From: a virus
Taxonomy: Duplodnaviria; Caudoviricetes
Length of the DNA stretch: 64,000 bases
Virus record (IMG/VR): IMGVR_UViG_3300042975_000096
Reading direction: 5' to 3' (one strand)
The stretch's first letter is position 1. The number at the start of each line of letters is the position of its first letter. Both the position numbers and the translations under genes were made by a program. The notes below the pieces were generated by a model. It was not told where the DNA came from. It saw only the letters and a list, made by a program, of their open reading frames with translations, and searched no databases. Shown here piece by piece: positions 48,795 to 58,928 of this stretch.

Positions 48795-51700
48795 ATGGCA
48801 AATGGTACATTTGGTGGTGGCAATGGAACACAAACAACACCATTTTTAATAGAAGATATTGCAGATTTAAATGCCATTAGAACAAAACCAACCCTTTATT
48901 ACAAACTAGTTAACAATTTAGATATGAAAGGTTCATCCTTTAACGATGCAGTTAAAGGATGGACTCCTATATCTTCATTTTCTGGATATTTTGATGGTAA
49001 TTATCATAATATTAGAAATTTAACTATAAATGATACTACTTTAAAGGGTGCAGGATTATTTGCTGATATTACCACTAAAGGAGAGTTACACAATTTAGGA
49101 TTAATTGATGTATCTATTAAAGGTGGAAGTCAGACAGGTTCTTTTGCTGGAAGTTTTAGCGGAAATAATGTAACAATAGACCGTTGTTATGTTAACGGAA
49201 AAGTTGAAGGTACTCGTGATGTTGGTGGCGTTGTTGGTCAATCTCGTTCTAGAAATAATAATACTATATCCAATGTCGTATGTGATTGTCAAGTAATCGG
49301 AACTTCTGATAATGTTGGTGGTATTTGTGGCGAATTTACTTCTATAACTGATGATGATAAAACACGTTCTATTATGAATGCGGTTATGTTTTATAATACA
49401 GTTTCAGGAAACAACTTCATTACCACAAATGCAATGATTGGTCTTGCCGATGCAATTACTTCTTATAGCGATTGTTTTTACGATTCTTCAAAAGTTTCTG
49501 AAAATTATCCTGATGAACACGCTTCAGGACAAAAAACAGCATATTTTTATGGGAATGATAATTTCAAAAAGTTGATTACGCTAACTTATATTGATAATGA
49601 TAATAAAATAAATTCATTATGGAATTTTTCTAGTGAAGATTATCCTAGACTTGGATTCGCAAATAAAAAATATACATTATTTAAAATTGATAATGTATAT
49701 AATTATTACGATTTCACAACTAATGCATTTGTTCCTATTGATGGTTCTATTTCAACTTCTATATTCTTTGCAAAAGGAATCAATCCTAATTTGGTTGAAA
49801 CAATACCTCAAACTATTTTACATGATACAATGAAAAACCATGCATTTCAAGTATTTATGTTATTTGATACAAATAATAAAAATGTATTGTATCCATATTT
49901 CAAAACATTATCCGATAAAGTTAGTGATACGAAAAAGTTGAGATTAACTACAATTAACAGAAAAGACCTTATTACGACTGATTTTAATCCAGTTTCTTCT
50001 AATGCTCAAATTACAACAATAAACGAGGTTGAAGCAACTTCTGTTCCTGTTGCAATTCGAACTGAATCAAACTCTGATTTTGATGAATCAACATTAAAAG
50101 AAATCGATGCTAGAATTTTTTATGATAAATCTTCCGTTGATTCTAATCCATTTAATGTTTCTGTCCAATCTAATACTAGTGATAGCGAATCATCAGACAG
50201 TGCATTAAATGATAATCGTACCATTTCTATTATGAGTTCTAAAGCAAATGAATATTCAGGTATCAACTTGAAGGTTGCTTCTGATACAAATAATAAAAAT
50301 ACCGATTATAACGACATTTATTCTAAAATTATTTTTGATAAATCAACTGAAAAACAAAATATTAAAGGGAATGTTTTCTACACACTGTATAATACTATTA
50401 CTACTCAAAATCGTGGTATTCACGTTAATGCAGAAGGAGAAAATAAATCTAAATATTTATTGTCTGTATCTAATGGTAAATCATGGTTGAAATACGATAC
50501 AACCACAAACAATTGGGTTACTGCTGATTTAGCAAATATCTACGAAGAAGGAATTTCTGCTGAACAATTAGCTTCTCGCGCAATCATGAATTCTTTGCCA
50601 ACTGATTATAAATCGAAAATTAAATATGCTGCTTGTATTTCTTCTGAAGCATTTAATACGGTTTTCAGTATCAAAGATATTAATATTGAATTCGAACCAA
50701 ATTCAGGCCCAACTGTCTTAGAAGCTTCTTCTACAGAAACGGATGATAATGTAACTATTTCTGGTACTGTTTTCGATAATGAAAATGATGATATTCAATA
50801 TCGTATATTGACTAAGCATCAGATTGAAACTGAATGGAAACAGTTATTACCTACTTCTGTTGACGGTTGGTTTACTCAGAAAAACAACTACTCTTTCAAA
50901 CATTCGTTCCCATTATCTTCTTTCAAGAATGGAACAAATGCTATAAAGATTCAAACAAAAGATTCTCGTGGAACTTCCTATGAAAAAATAATTTCATTTA
51001 CATTGATTGGTGGTAATCCTGAAATTAAAATTAATTCAAATAACCAATTCTATGCAAATGCTACTATTACTCATTCTCAAAATAAAAAGGTTCATTATAA
51101 GATTTTCATCAATGGTGAACAAAAAGCTCCACTCACAGGATGGACTGAATATCGTCAAACTCCATTCACTTTCGATTATACATGGCAGACTTCTGATGTA
51201 CTGAATGGTCTTCCAAATGAAATCGAAATTGTAGTAGAAGACGAAATGCAATCTCAAGCATTTACTAAATTTAATATCGTCGGTGAATATAAATCACTCT
51301 TGTTCAAAGATGAAAATAATTTCTATTATTCTACTGATACAGGCGAGATTCTTCAGCAACTCGATTTCGGTACTGTCGTTGGTGGCGTATTATCTAATAT
51401 TTATCCTGTTTGGCTCGAAAATAAAACGGGTCTTCCAATGGAAAATATTACCATTTTCGCTGACTCAACTACACAAGAAGATTTGTCTAAGATAAAGGTT
51501 TCCTTTACCACTGATGATTCAACGTTAGGTACTTCATTCGTTCCTGCTGAATCTATCGTTTATGATAAGATTATTGATAATAATGACGTTATCAAATTCT
51601 ATGTTCGTATCGATTCTGACGATGCCGTTAAATCCTTGAAGAATAAGGTATTCCGTGTCCTTGCAAAAGGAGACCCAATTGATTCATCTATTGACAATCC

Positions 51701-52166
51701 GCAAGTGACAAAAGATACTTATACTTCTTTAAGCAAAAACTATGATGTTTTAAAAGATGGTTTAGGTCTTTATAATATTAAATTGGCTAACCTTAATGAT
51801 ACAAAACAAATCAATGGCAAGAATATATTCATTGCTTATGATAAGGTTTATGTATCAGACCCGAACAAGGTTTCTAAGAACGATTTCTTAAAATCTCCTG
51901 TAAAAGATTCTGTTCGTCAACAAGATTATACGAATTATTTAGCAGACAATGCTTCTTATCAGGTTTATTCTATTGATTGGCTCAATGATTTCTGTAAAGA
52001 TACATTCAATGATACATTCAATAATCTTACTAAATCTGGTAAATTGTCTTATGAAGCTAAATTGGAATATAATGCGTTCTATGACGGTCATTATGCTTGG
52101 CTTAAAGCTGATTCCACAAATGCTTCTAAAACATTTACTCACAAATGGACACTTATGAATAGTTAA
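48795..52166 (+). CDS. Large GLUG-motif virion protein (paralogue 6) with Ig-like C-terminal extension
   Basis: FGGGNGTQTTPFLIEDIADL, VGGVVG/VGGICG, then a long beta-rich region. Confidence 0.8.
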   Translation: MANGTFGGGNGTQTTPFLIEDIADLNAIRTKPTLYYKLVNNLDMKGSSFNDAVKGWTPISSFSGYFDGNYHNIRNLTINDTTLKGAGLFADITTKGELHNLGLIDVSIKGGSQTGSFAGSFSGNNVTIDRCYVNGKVEGTRDVGGVVGQSRSRNNNTISNVVCDCQVIGTSDNVGGICGEFTSITDDDKTRSIMNAVMFYNTVSGNNFITTNAMIGLADAITSYSDCFYDSSKVSENYPDEHASGQKTAYFYGNDNFKKLITLTYIDNDNKINSLWNFSSEDYPRLGFANKKYTLFKIDNVYNYYDFTTNAFVPIDGSISTSIFFAKGINPNLVETIPQTILHDTMKNHAFQVFMLFDTNNKNVLYPYFKTLSDKVSDTKKLRLTTINRKDLITTDFNPVSSNAQITTINEVEATSVPVAIRTESNSDFDESTLKEIDARIFYDKSSVDSNPFNVSVQSNTSDSESSDSALNDNRTISIMSSKANEYSGINLKVASDTNNKNTDYNDIYSKIIFDKSTEKQNIKGNVFYTLYNTITTQNRGIHVNAEGENKSKYLLSVSNGKSWLKYDTTTNNWVTADLANIYEEGISAEQLASRAIMNSLPTDYKSKIKYAACISSEAFNTVFSIKDINIEFEPNSGPTVLEASSTETDDNVTISGTVFDNENDDIQYRILTKHQIETEWKQLLPTSVDGWFTQKNNYSFKHSFPLSSFKNGTNAIKIQTKDSRGTSYEKIISFTLIGGNPEIKINSNNQFYANATITHSQNKKVHYKIFINGEQKAPLTGWTEYRQTPFTFDYTWQTSDVLNGLPNEIEIVVEDEMQSQAFTKFNIVGEYKSLLFKDENNFYYSTDTGEILQQLDFGTVVGGVLSNIYPVWLENKTGLPMENITIFADSTTQEDLSKIKVSFTTDDSTLGTSFVPAESIVYDKIIDNNDVIKFYVRIDSDDAVKSLKNKVFRVLAKGDPIDSSIDNPQVTKDTYTSLSKNYDVLKDGLGLYNIKLANLNDTKQINGKNIFIAYDKVYVSDPNKVSKNDFLKSPVKDSVRQQDYTNYLADNASYQVYSIDWLNDFCKDTFNDTFNNLTKSGKLSYEAKLEYNAFYDGHYAWLKADSTNASKTFTHKWTLMNS

Positions 52167-52280
52167 AATTTCAATGCAATGAAGTTTTTATAATATGCTT
52201 TCGACTTCATCAATACAATGATGAAGTCGAAAAATTCTTATTTTTCACTAATTTCAATACAATGGGAGTGTGATTTAAAA

Positions 52281-53912
52281 ATGGCAAGTACATTTACAGT
52301 TCAAAAGCAGAATGGTGTTTTTATTCTAAATTCCTCTGCTAATCAAATTATCTTTAATGAGGTTTTCAATGGTCTTGGTGCTAATAAGGAAATTACCTAC
52401 ATTACATTAAAAGATTCTACGGGAAAAGAAGTAAACTTTAATTCCGTGTTCTCTAAATTTAATGTTAATGTTTCTAATTCTGCCGACTCTACGGTTTTTA
52501 ATGCTAATAAGGTCGGTGCTGTTAACAAAATAGACGTTTATGACGGTACTGCTCAAACTCGTGCCGATGGAACAACCGATACCGTTACAATCGATTTTGA
52601 CGTGCTTTCTAGCGCAACTGAGGGTAGTTATACCCTTAATGTTGAAACGGTTGATAACCAGAAGACACCGGCTTCTCAGGGTACTCAGGTTATTAATGTT
52701 AAGGTCGTTTCCGTTGAAACTGCTTTGACTGATTATGAAAATCTTGTTAGCGATATTGCAACGGCTGATTTGGCAGATATTGAATCTAAAAAAACTGCTG
52801 TTATTTCTGCTCAACAAACTGCTCAAACTGCCATTAGCGCATTAGATGATGGCGATACTAAAACTTCTTTACAGACTAGATTTAATAAGGCTCTCGATAA
52901 CCAAAATCAAGGTCTTAAAGAATTGTACCTCTATTATTCTAAAAACAATCATTTAACTTTATTTAAGGTTAATAATGTTGGTGGTAATGTTCCTTTCTCT
53001 ATTATCTTTAAGGATAATGTCTTGGTCGGTTCTGCTTCAGAAGCTTTCTATTATGCTCCTGATAGCAATGTTAGCGTTCCTGTTACTGGTCTTACGCCTA
53101 CTCAGAAAAACATCGTTTTCGGTGCTGATGGTACAAAAAGTGGACAGTATTTGTATATATTCAAGATAGGAGATAAATACTACAGAACAACGATTGATTG
53201 CACTGTAGACGCTTCTACAAAAGCCGTTAACATCACTAAAATTGATAGTATAGAAATTCCTGCTGGTTCTGTTGATAACACAGGTGAATCATATACTGTT
53301 CCTAGTGAATCAGTTAGCAAAACGGCATTGAATGATGCAATCTCTGCTGCAAATGCAGATTATACTGCACATGTAGTCGGTACTGAACCTGGTAATGTTC
53401 CTGAAAATCAAAGAACAACATTTAAAGCTGCAATTGATAAAGCACAAGCTGTTTATGACAATGCAGATGCACAGGCAGATGAAGTTGATTCTGCAACGAA
53501 AGAACTTAATGCTGCAAAAACTGTATTTGACGGATTCATTATAAAATATTATATTAATGAAGAAGCATTGCAGACTGCCGTTACGAAAGCTAACGATACA
53601 GTAAAAGCTGCAACTGTTGGTGAAAATGTTGGTCAAACTACTCAGGAAAACATTGACACATACAAAACAGCAATTGCGGTTGCACAAAAAGTTTTGGATG
53701 ATACCCCATCTAACGTTGACTATTCTGATAAAACAGCATATGATAAATATGTGAAAGACGTAGCAGATGCAATTACTGCATTAGCTACTGCAACGGATGC
53801 ATATAATTCAAATGTTGTAACAAACGCTAAATATGCAGAAGCAAAAGTTGCATTATATGAAACTGCAGCAGAAGCATTCTTAAATAGTATCAGAAAAAAA
53901 ATTCGTATCTAA
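52281..53912 (+). CDS. FIVAR-repeat surface/virion protein; probably continuous with the next ORF via a -1 shift
   Basis: SKTALNDAISAA...VGTEPGNVP...FKAAIDKAQAV and a second copy; RBS GGGAG before ATG 52281. Confidence 0.7.
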   Translation: MASTFTVQKQNGVFILNSSANQIIFNEVFNGLGANKEITYITLKDSTGKEVNFNSVFSKFNVNVSNSADSTVFNANKVGAVNKIDVYDGTAQTRADGTTDTVTIDFDVLSSATEGSYTLNVETVDNQKTPASQGTQVINVKVVSVETALTDYENLVSDIATADLADIESKKTAVISAQQTAQTAISALDDGDTKTSLQTRFNKALDNQNQGLKELYLYYSKNNHLTLFKVNNVGGNVPFSIIFKDNVLVGSASEAFYYAPDSNVSVPVTGLTPTQKNIVFGADGTKSGQYLYIFKIGDKYYRTTIDCTVDASTKAVNITKIDSIEIPAGSVDNTGESYTVPSESVSKTALNDAISAANADYTAHVVGTEPGNVPENQRTTFKAAIDKAQAVYDNADAQADEVDSATKELNAAKTVFDGFIIKYYINEEALQTAVTKANDTVKAATVGENVGQTTQENIDTYKTAIAVAQKVLDDTPSNVDYSDKTAYDKYVKDVADAITALATATDAYNSNVVTNAKYAEAKVALYETAAEAFLNSIRKKIRI

Positions 53913-54001
53913 TCCTCGAACAACAACGTTCTGATGCTTATATTGCATTAACTAAGGTTAATAAAGAAAGCGCAGAGTATAATGATTTAAATAAACGTTA
54001 T

Positions 54002-56938
54002 ATGTCTGCGCTTTCTATGCAATATAAAGGTTTTCGGTTATTATTAGAGGAAGATACAAAAAAGGAAATGTTTATAGACCATGTTAAAATACATGAATCT
54101 ATAAATTCTACCACTTTATATTTAGATAACATTAGACCTTATGAAGCAACAGAAGCGTATATGTTCGCTCCGCTAGGATATTGGAAAGCCGTTTATCAAG
54201 ATGAATTATATCCTGATGATTATCCATATGACTTGATGCCGGGGATTAATAGTAGTACGGTAACAATAGAAGTCAAAACGGATGTTATGGACGGCGAATA
54301 TGATTATTTTTATTATTGTTCTAATGAATGGAGAAAAATATCCATTCTAATTAAAAATCATAAAATAATAAAAATAAACAATACTGATACTTCAGCATTT
54401 ATTAATGAAACATTATATAACATACAAGTAACGAGTGGGTTAAGTGTAAATCTTAATGTAAATTCTCAATTTATTTCTGATATTCCAACAGAAATAGCTG
54501 TTAGACAGGTTGATGCACAAGAATTACCAACTTCAATTACAGTTAAACGTTGGGACAAATCTAATTTAAATTCAGATTTCATTGTTACTTATATTAATGA
54601 AATTCCCACCACATTATTCGTTAATGGTCATTCAGACCTGCCAACAAATATAATAGTTAAAATTACACGTGATAGTAGTATTCCAACAGATTTAACTGTT
54701 GTGCAACATGATGGTTCTTCTTTGCCTACTAATATTACGGTTAAATATACAATAGCACAAGATATTCCAACTGAAATGATGGTCTATCAAACAAGTAATC
54801 TTCCCACTGAAATTCTTATTCAAAGAAAGGATTTCAATGATTTACCGTCGAATATTAATATTCAACGTGTAGATAGAAGCAACTTACCAACTACTATTAG
54901 TGTCAAACAATGGGGCGTTGATACTCCATATATTCATGCAACATTGATTGTTGTTCGTCATGATAAATCAGATATTCCTATTACAGTATATATTATACAA
55001 CATGCAAAAGATGATTTATTGACAACGATGGATGTTGTAACAAACAATTGTTCTAATGATTTGACAACTAATATTACTGTTAAAAATGTTTTACATAATG
55101 AAATACCATGTTATTTAATTGTTAGCAAAAATGTTAATGCTATATTAAGCACGACAATTTCATTAGATAACACATATATTCACAGATATCAAGATTTACC
55201 AACAACCATTAATGTTCAAAAAAATAAACGTTATGATTTAACTACGTTTATATATGTATACCAAAATGCGCCACTTGAAACAATCGTTCATGGATTGTTA
55301 AAGAGCCATTCGGATTTACCTACAACAATTGATATTATTGGATGTCATAATGAGGAAATAATCACATATCTAGTCATTAACAAACAGAGTGGATTTGAAT
55401 CAATAATCAACTTTAACGCTAAAGAAAAATCAGAAATTCCAACCACTTTGACCGTTAAGAATAATATTAGTTCTAGCATTAATACTTCTCTTATTGTCAA
55501 TAGAAAAGGTATGATTAATGCAATAGGTAATATTACAACAAAACATTATAATGATTATAGTGAAATCCCAATTACTTTACAAGTTATTCATGGAAAGACA
55601 TTAATTATTCCAACAACCATCATGGTATTATCAAAACAGGTTGTGTTGGAAGCTTCTGTTTCTAAATTTACACAATTAGGGAAATCACAAATTGGAACAA
55701 TAATTGAAGTTAAAAATAATGAAACAAATTATATTAACACTACAATTAATGTTGTTTGTAATACAATAAAACTAGATGCAATTACAAACTTTGTTAATAG
55801 CAACCATAGTGATTTACCAACGAATGTAAATGTTATATATGAAAGGCATTCAGACTTGCCAATAACAATGCGTGTAAATCCATTAGGAATGATGGAAAAT
55901 GTTATAAACGTTATTTATCCAACTCATAGTGATTTGTTAACAACGTTACATATAATGAACACGAACGACATTGATACTACATTGGTTGTAATTAAGTCTG
56001 CGATATTAGAAGCGAAAGCTAAATTAGTACCACATCAATTAACCAAACGAAACGTTCCATGTGTAAAAGATTCTTATGTTTATAATTTCACTAGATTAAC
56101 AAATTATGGTAAATATAAATATACCAATATTGCTTATACAAATAAAAATGATATTTTAAGAAGTATTTTTGGTTTTGATTTTGCATGTTTAGACATTCCA
56201 AATAATAAATCTGCACAATATTTCGATTATCAAACAGTTCAAAAAGCATTATTGCATTTATATAAAGTGTCATCTTTACCTGAATCAGCAACAATTGAAG
56301 TATATTCAATTGACGATAAATGGTTTGAAACGACTATAAATCATGTTAAGTGTGAAGAACTAAATAAATCTTATATAACCTCAATCCCTACAACTACTAA
56401 AAATGGATGGGTAACAATAGATATTACAAAAGATTTGAATAATTTTGAAGAATTACCGTCAACAAAACGTAGTTATTTCTTAGTTATCAAACAAAAACAA
56501 AAAACAAATTCAATTATATCTATTGCAAGCATACAAAATGATAATCCTAAATTAGCCCCTTATGTGAGCGTTGAATATTATCATACCCCACCATATGCAA
56601 ATTGGTTGGATACACCAACAGAAGTTTTTGTTAAACCATATGTAGATTTACCAACAACCATTGATATTCCTGAAAGGACTGTTAGTGAAATACCTACAGA
56701 AATGACGGTTAAGGCACAAACAGCATATGACTTGACGTTCTCAATTACTGTTGATGTTGTTACAAACATATATACTGTTGATTTACCAACTACATTAGAT
56801 ATTATTGGTTATCCATGTGACGAAAAAGGATTTGAAATTAATGTTTACATTAATGCAACGCCTAAAAAGTCAAACATTGAAACCACTCTTATTGTTGTTA
56901 GAAATCCACAAAAAGAAGCATATGTATATATTACGTAA
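54002..56938 (+). CDS. Repeat-rich structural protein with many (S/D)(D/E)(L/I)PTx(I/L)xV repeats and a DNRLRE/CBM96-like domain
   Basis: Dozens of roughly 14-15-aa repeats; KDSYV...TNYG...RSIFGFD...KALLHLY...W.E.TI...GWVTIDIT...PY..VEY; frame open upstream to 53888. Confidence 0.7.
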   Translation: MSALSMQYKGFRLLLEEDTKKEMFIDHVKIHESINSTTLYLDNIRPYEATEAYMFAPLGYWKAVYQDELYPDDYPYDLMPGINSSTVTIEVKTDVMDGEYDYFYYCSNEWRKISILIKNHKIIKINNTDTSAFINETLYNIQVTSGLSVNLNVNSQFISDIPTEIAVRQVDAQELPTSITVKRWDKSNLNSDFIVTYINEIPTTLFVNGHSDLPTNIIVKITRDSSIPTDLTVVQHDGSSLPTNITVKYTIAQDIPTEMMVYQTSNLPTEILIQRKDFNDLPSNINIQRVDRSNLPTTISVKQWGVDTPYIHATLIVVRHDKSDIPITVYIIQHAKDDLLTTMDVVTNNCSNDLTTNITVKNVLHNEIPCYLIVSKNVNAILSTTISLDNTYIHRYQDLPTTINVQKNKRYDLTTFIYVYQNAPLETIVHGLLKSHSDLPTTIDIIGCHNEEIITYLVINKQSGFESIINFNAKEKSEIPTTLTVKNNISSSINTSLIVNRKGMINAIGNITTKHYNDYSEIPITLQVIHGKTLIIPTTIMVLSKQVVLEASVSKFTQLGKSQIGTIIEVKNNETNYINTTINVVCNTIKLDAITNFVNSNHSDLPTNVNVIYERHSDLPITMRVNPLGMMENVINVIYPTHSDLLTTLHIMNTNDIDTTLVVIKSAILEAKAKLVPHQLTKRNVPCVKDSYVYNFTRLTNYGKYKYTNIAYTNKNDILRSIFGFDFACLDIPNNKSAQYFDYQTVQKALLHLYKVSSLPESATIEVYSIDDKWFETTINHVKCEELNKSYITSIPTTTKNGWVTIDITKDLNNFEELPSTKRSYFLVIKQKQKTNSIISIASIQNDNPKLAPYVSVEYYHTPPYANWLDTPTEVFVKPYVDLPTTIDIPERTVSEIPTEMTVKAQTAYDLTFSITVDVVTNIYTVDLPTTLDIIGYPCDEKGFEINVYINATPKKSNIETTLIVVRNPQKEAYVYIT

Positions 56939-56941
56939 CAT

Positions 56942-56974
56942 AAAAAGCACTACTCTTAAAGAGTAGTGCTTTTT
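56942..56974. terminator. Bidirectional terminator between convergent genes
   Basis: AAAAAGCACTACTCTT-A-AAGAGTAGTGCTTTTT. Confidence 0.85.
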
Positions 56975-56976
56975 TA

Positions 56977-57789
56977 TTATATTAATTGAGCCAATTCCGT
57001 TAATGGTTTTTGTAGCGCAACATTATTTTTCATTTTCTTTATTCTTAAATAAATACCTGCTTTTGTCATATTCAGGAGTTTGCTTATCTCTCCAATTTCA
57101 ATTCCTTTAATACACAATTTCAAGATATTTACATCTTTTTCTTCTAATAATGGATAAATGGATTGTTCTAATGTTTGATTAAATAAGACTTTATTATAGC
57201 TGTCTGCTGACCTATCGTCAACAATGGTATCTCCCAATTCCGTTTTTTGTTCGCTATCAGCTTTAATGGATAATGATACTTCACCGAATTTATTAATACG
57301 CTTTTGTGCATTTAATTTAGTAAAGTACATTCCAACTGTATTTTGTGCGCATCGCCAAAAAAACGTATTAAATTTAACCCCACCAAATTTATATGTTTTC
57401 ATGCACTTAATTAACTGCATATTAATTTCCCCGATTAATTCTTCAGCTTTTGACAATGATTTAGATTTTGCCATATATTCAATTTTAGGCTTAAAATATC
57501 TATATACATAATCAAATGCTTCATTGCATCCTGCACGAAAATCACAAACAGCATCTTCAATTGTCGGAATACTTTCATAAAAGTTGCTTTTTTCGGCAAT
57601 TTCACCGTCTTTAAGCTTAATTGGTGCTTCATCATAAATAATGCAATCTGATAAATCAGACACACAAATCGGTGACTCATCATAAAATTCGCAATCAGAC
57701 GTATCAGTAACGCATATTGCCATTTCATCATAAAGAATGCAGTCTTTATTTTCTAACATATATTTATCAAAATCACTCAATTTATCCAC
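56977..57789 (-). CDS. Sigma-70-family RNA polymerase sigma factor (SigH/ECF-like) with N-terminal repeats
   Basis: EAFDYVYRYFKPKI (region 2.1), KFNTFFWRC (2.3), region 4 HTH GIEIGEISKLLNMTKAGIYLRI. Confidence 0.8.
   Translation of the reverse strand: MDKLSDFDKYMLENKDCILYDEMAICVTDTSDCEFYDESPICVSDLSDCIIYDEAPIKLKDGEIAEKSNFYESIPTIEDAVCDFRAGCNEAFDYVYRYFKPKIEYMAKSKSLSKAEELIGEINMQLIKCMKTYKFGGVKFNTFFWRCAQNTVGMYFTKLNAQKRINKFGEVSLSIKADSEQKTELGDTIVDDRSADSYNKVLFNQTLEQSIYPLLEEKDVNILKLCIKGIEIGEISKLLNMTKAGIYLRIKKMKNNVALQKPLTELAQLI
57598..57741 (-). repeat. Three 48-nt (16-aa) tandem repeats in the sigma factor N-terminus
   Basis: CILYDEMAICVTDTSD / CEFYDESPICVSDLSD / CIIYDEAPIKLKD. Confidence 0.85.
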
Positions 57790-57838
57790 TATCTATTTCC
57801 CCTTTTTTCTTATAAATATGTTTTTATCACCATATATG

Positions 57839-57866
57839 ATTATAGCATATATCAATCAAAAGTCAA
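57839..57866 (-). promoter_or_regulatory. Sigma-A-like promoter for the sigma factor gene
   Basis: TTGACT-16-TATAAT with TG extension. Confidence 0.6.
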
Positions 57867-57920
57867 TCACTTTTTTGGGATAAAAAAACAGCTACTTTTT
57901 AGCAACTGTTTTTTTATTTT

Positions 57921-58130
57921 TTAAGGCCACAAACCTTTAAATTTATTTGGATTAATGTGTTCTTTCCTTTTTGTAATCACGTCGTTCATCCAATCAGGAA
58001 TAACATTCTTTTCTTCATTCTTTTTATTAAATCCATAATGTTCATAAGCATTAGATACTTCCACAGGATTATTCGTTGGATTTGCTCTTTTTTTCTTCAT
58101 CTTCTGAACTACCTTCTTCTTCATTTTCAT
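57921..58130 (-). CDS. Small hypothetical protein (start uncertain)
   Basis: Short ORF followed by a terminator-like hairpin; overlaps the upstream gene. Confidence 0.35.
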   Translation of the reverse strand: MKMKKKVVQKMKKKRANPTNNPVEVSNAYEHYGFNKKNEEKNVIPDWMNDVITKRKEHINPNKFKGLWP

Positions 58131-58695
58131 TATTTAATTCATTATCATTATCTAAATTAAAATCAACATCATCATTTAATTCATTCTCATCTTTTTGTTT
58201 ATCATTAATTTTATCTTTTAATTCTTCTTCATGTTCTGCAACATAATTAGTTTCATCATCTAATCCATCACTTAACGTTTCAACAGCTTCATTAAACGGG
58301 TCATCTTCTCCTTCTTCACTTTCAGATAACTCTAAAATTTCTTCCGTCTCTGGTAAATAAGGAATAATATAATCTTCAGGATTGCTCTTATTATCTTCAT
58401 TTAATTCTTGCAAATCGTTTCCTGTTTCAGGATTCATTAAAGAATCATCAATGAATAATTGGATTATTCTATCCCATCGATATGAACGCACTGAACCATC
58501 TTGCTTATAACACATGATTAAAAGATTGTTGTCTTTACTGTTATTCCATCCGTATGGCTGAACAGTTCTCCATCCACTATTCTCATATTCAATTTTTATT
58601 AACATTGAATTAGCCATAGAATCAGTAATATACTGTATCGCATCATCATCTAAATTTACTTTAGATAAATCTGCCAATCTAATTAAATATTTCAT
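58069..58695 (-). CDS. WYL-like domain protein with acidic tail
   Basis: I.IEY....WRTVQPY.....L..CY......RSYRWDRI. Confidence 0.65.
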   Translation of the reverse strand: MKYLIRLADLSKVNLDDDAIQYITDSMANSMLIKIEYENSGWRTVQPYGWNNSKDNNLLIMCYKQDGSVRSYRWDRIIQLFIDDSLMNPETGNDLQELNEDNKSNPEDYIIPYLPETEEILELSESEEGEDDPFNEAVETLSDGLDDETNYVAEHEEELKDKINDKQKDENELNDDVDFNLDNDNELNNENEEEGSSEDEEKKSKSNE

Positions 58696-58928
58696 AACTT
58701 TATCAGTCCATTTATTATATTAAGAAAGGTCTAAAATAATAAAAAATACTATACAACTTTTCGTCTAATTATATAGTAAATACATTGATTGAAATAATGA
58801 TTCACGTTATACATTACACAATATATATTTCATCAAAAAATCCTTCATTGCCCTTCTTTTTTATTTTTTAGCCTTTCTACTGTAATAATATAAATCCAGC
58901 CATAGAATTATATCTATGGCTGGATAAT

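Noticed and set aside
42354-56938. Diversity-generating retroelement or invertible shufflon acting on the fibre genes
   Set aside because: No reverse transcriptase, recombinase, template/variable repeat pair or inverted crossover sites seen in the window
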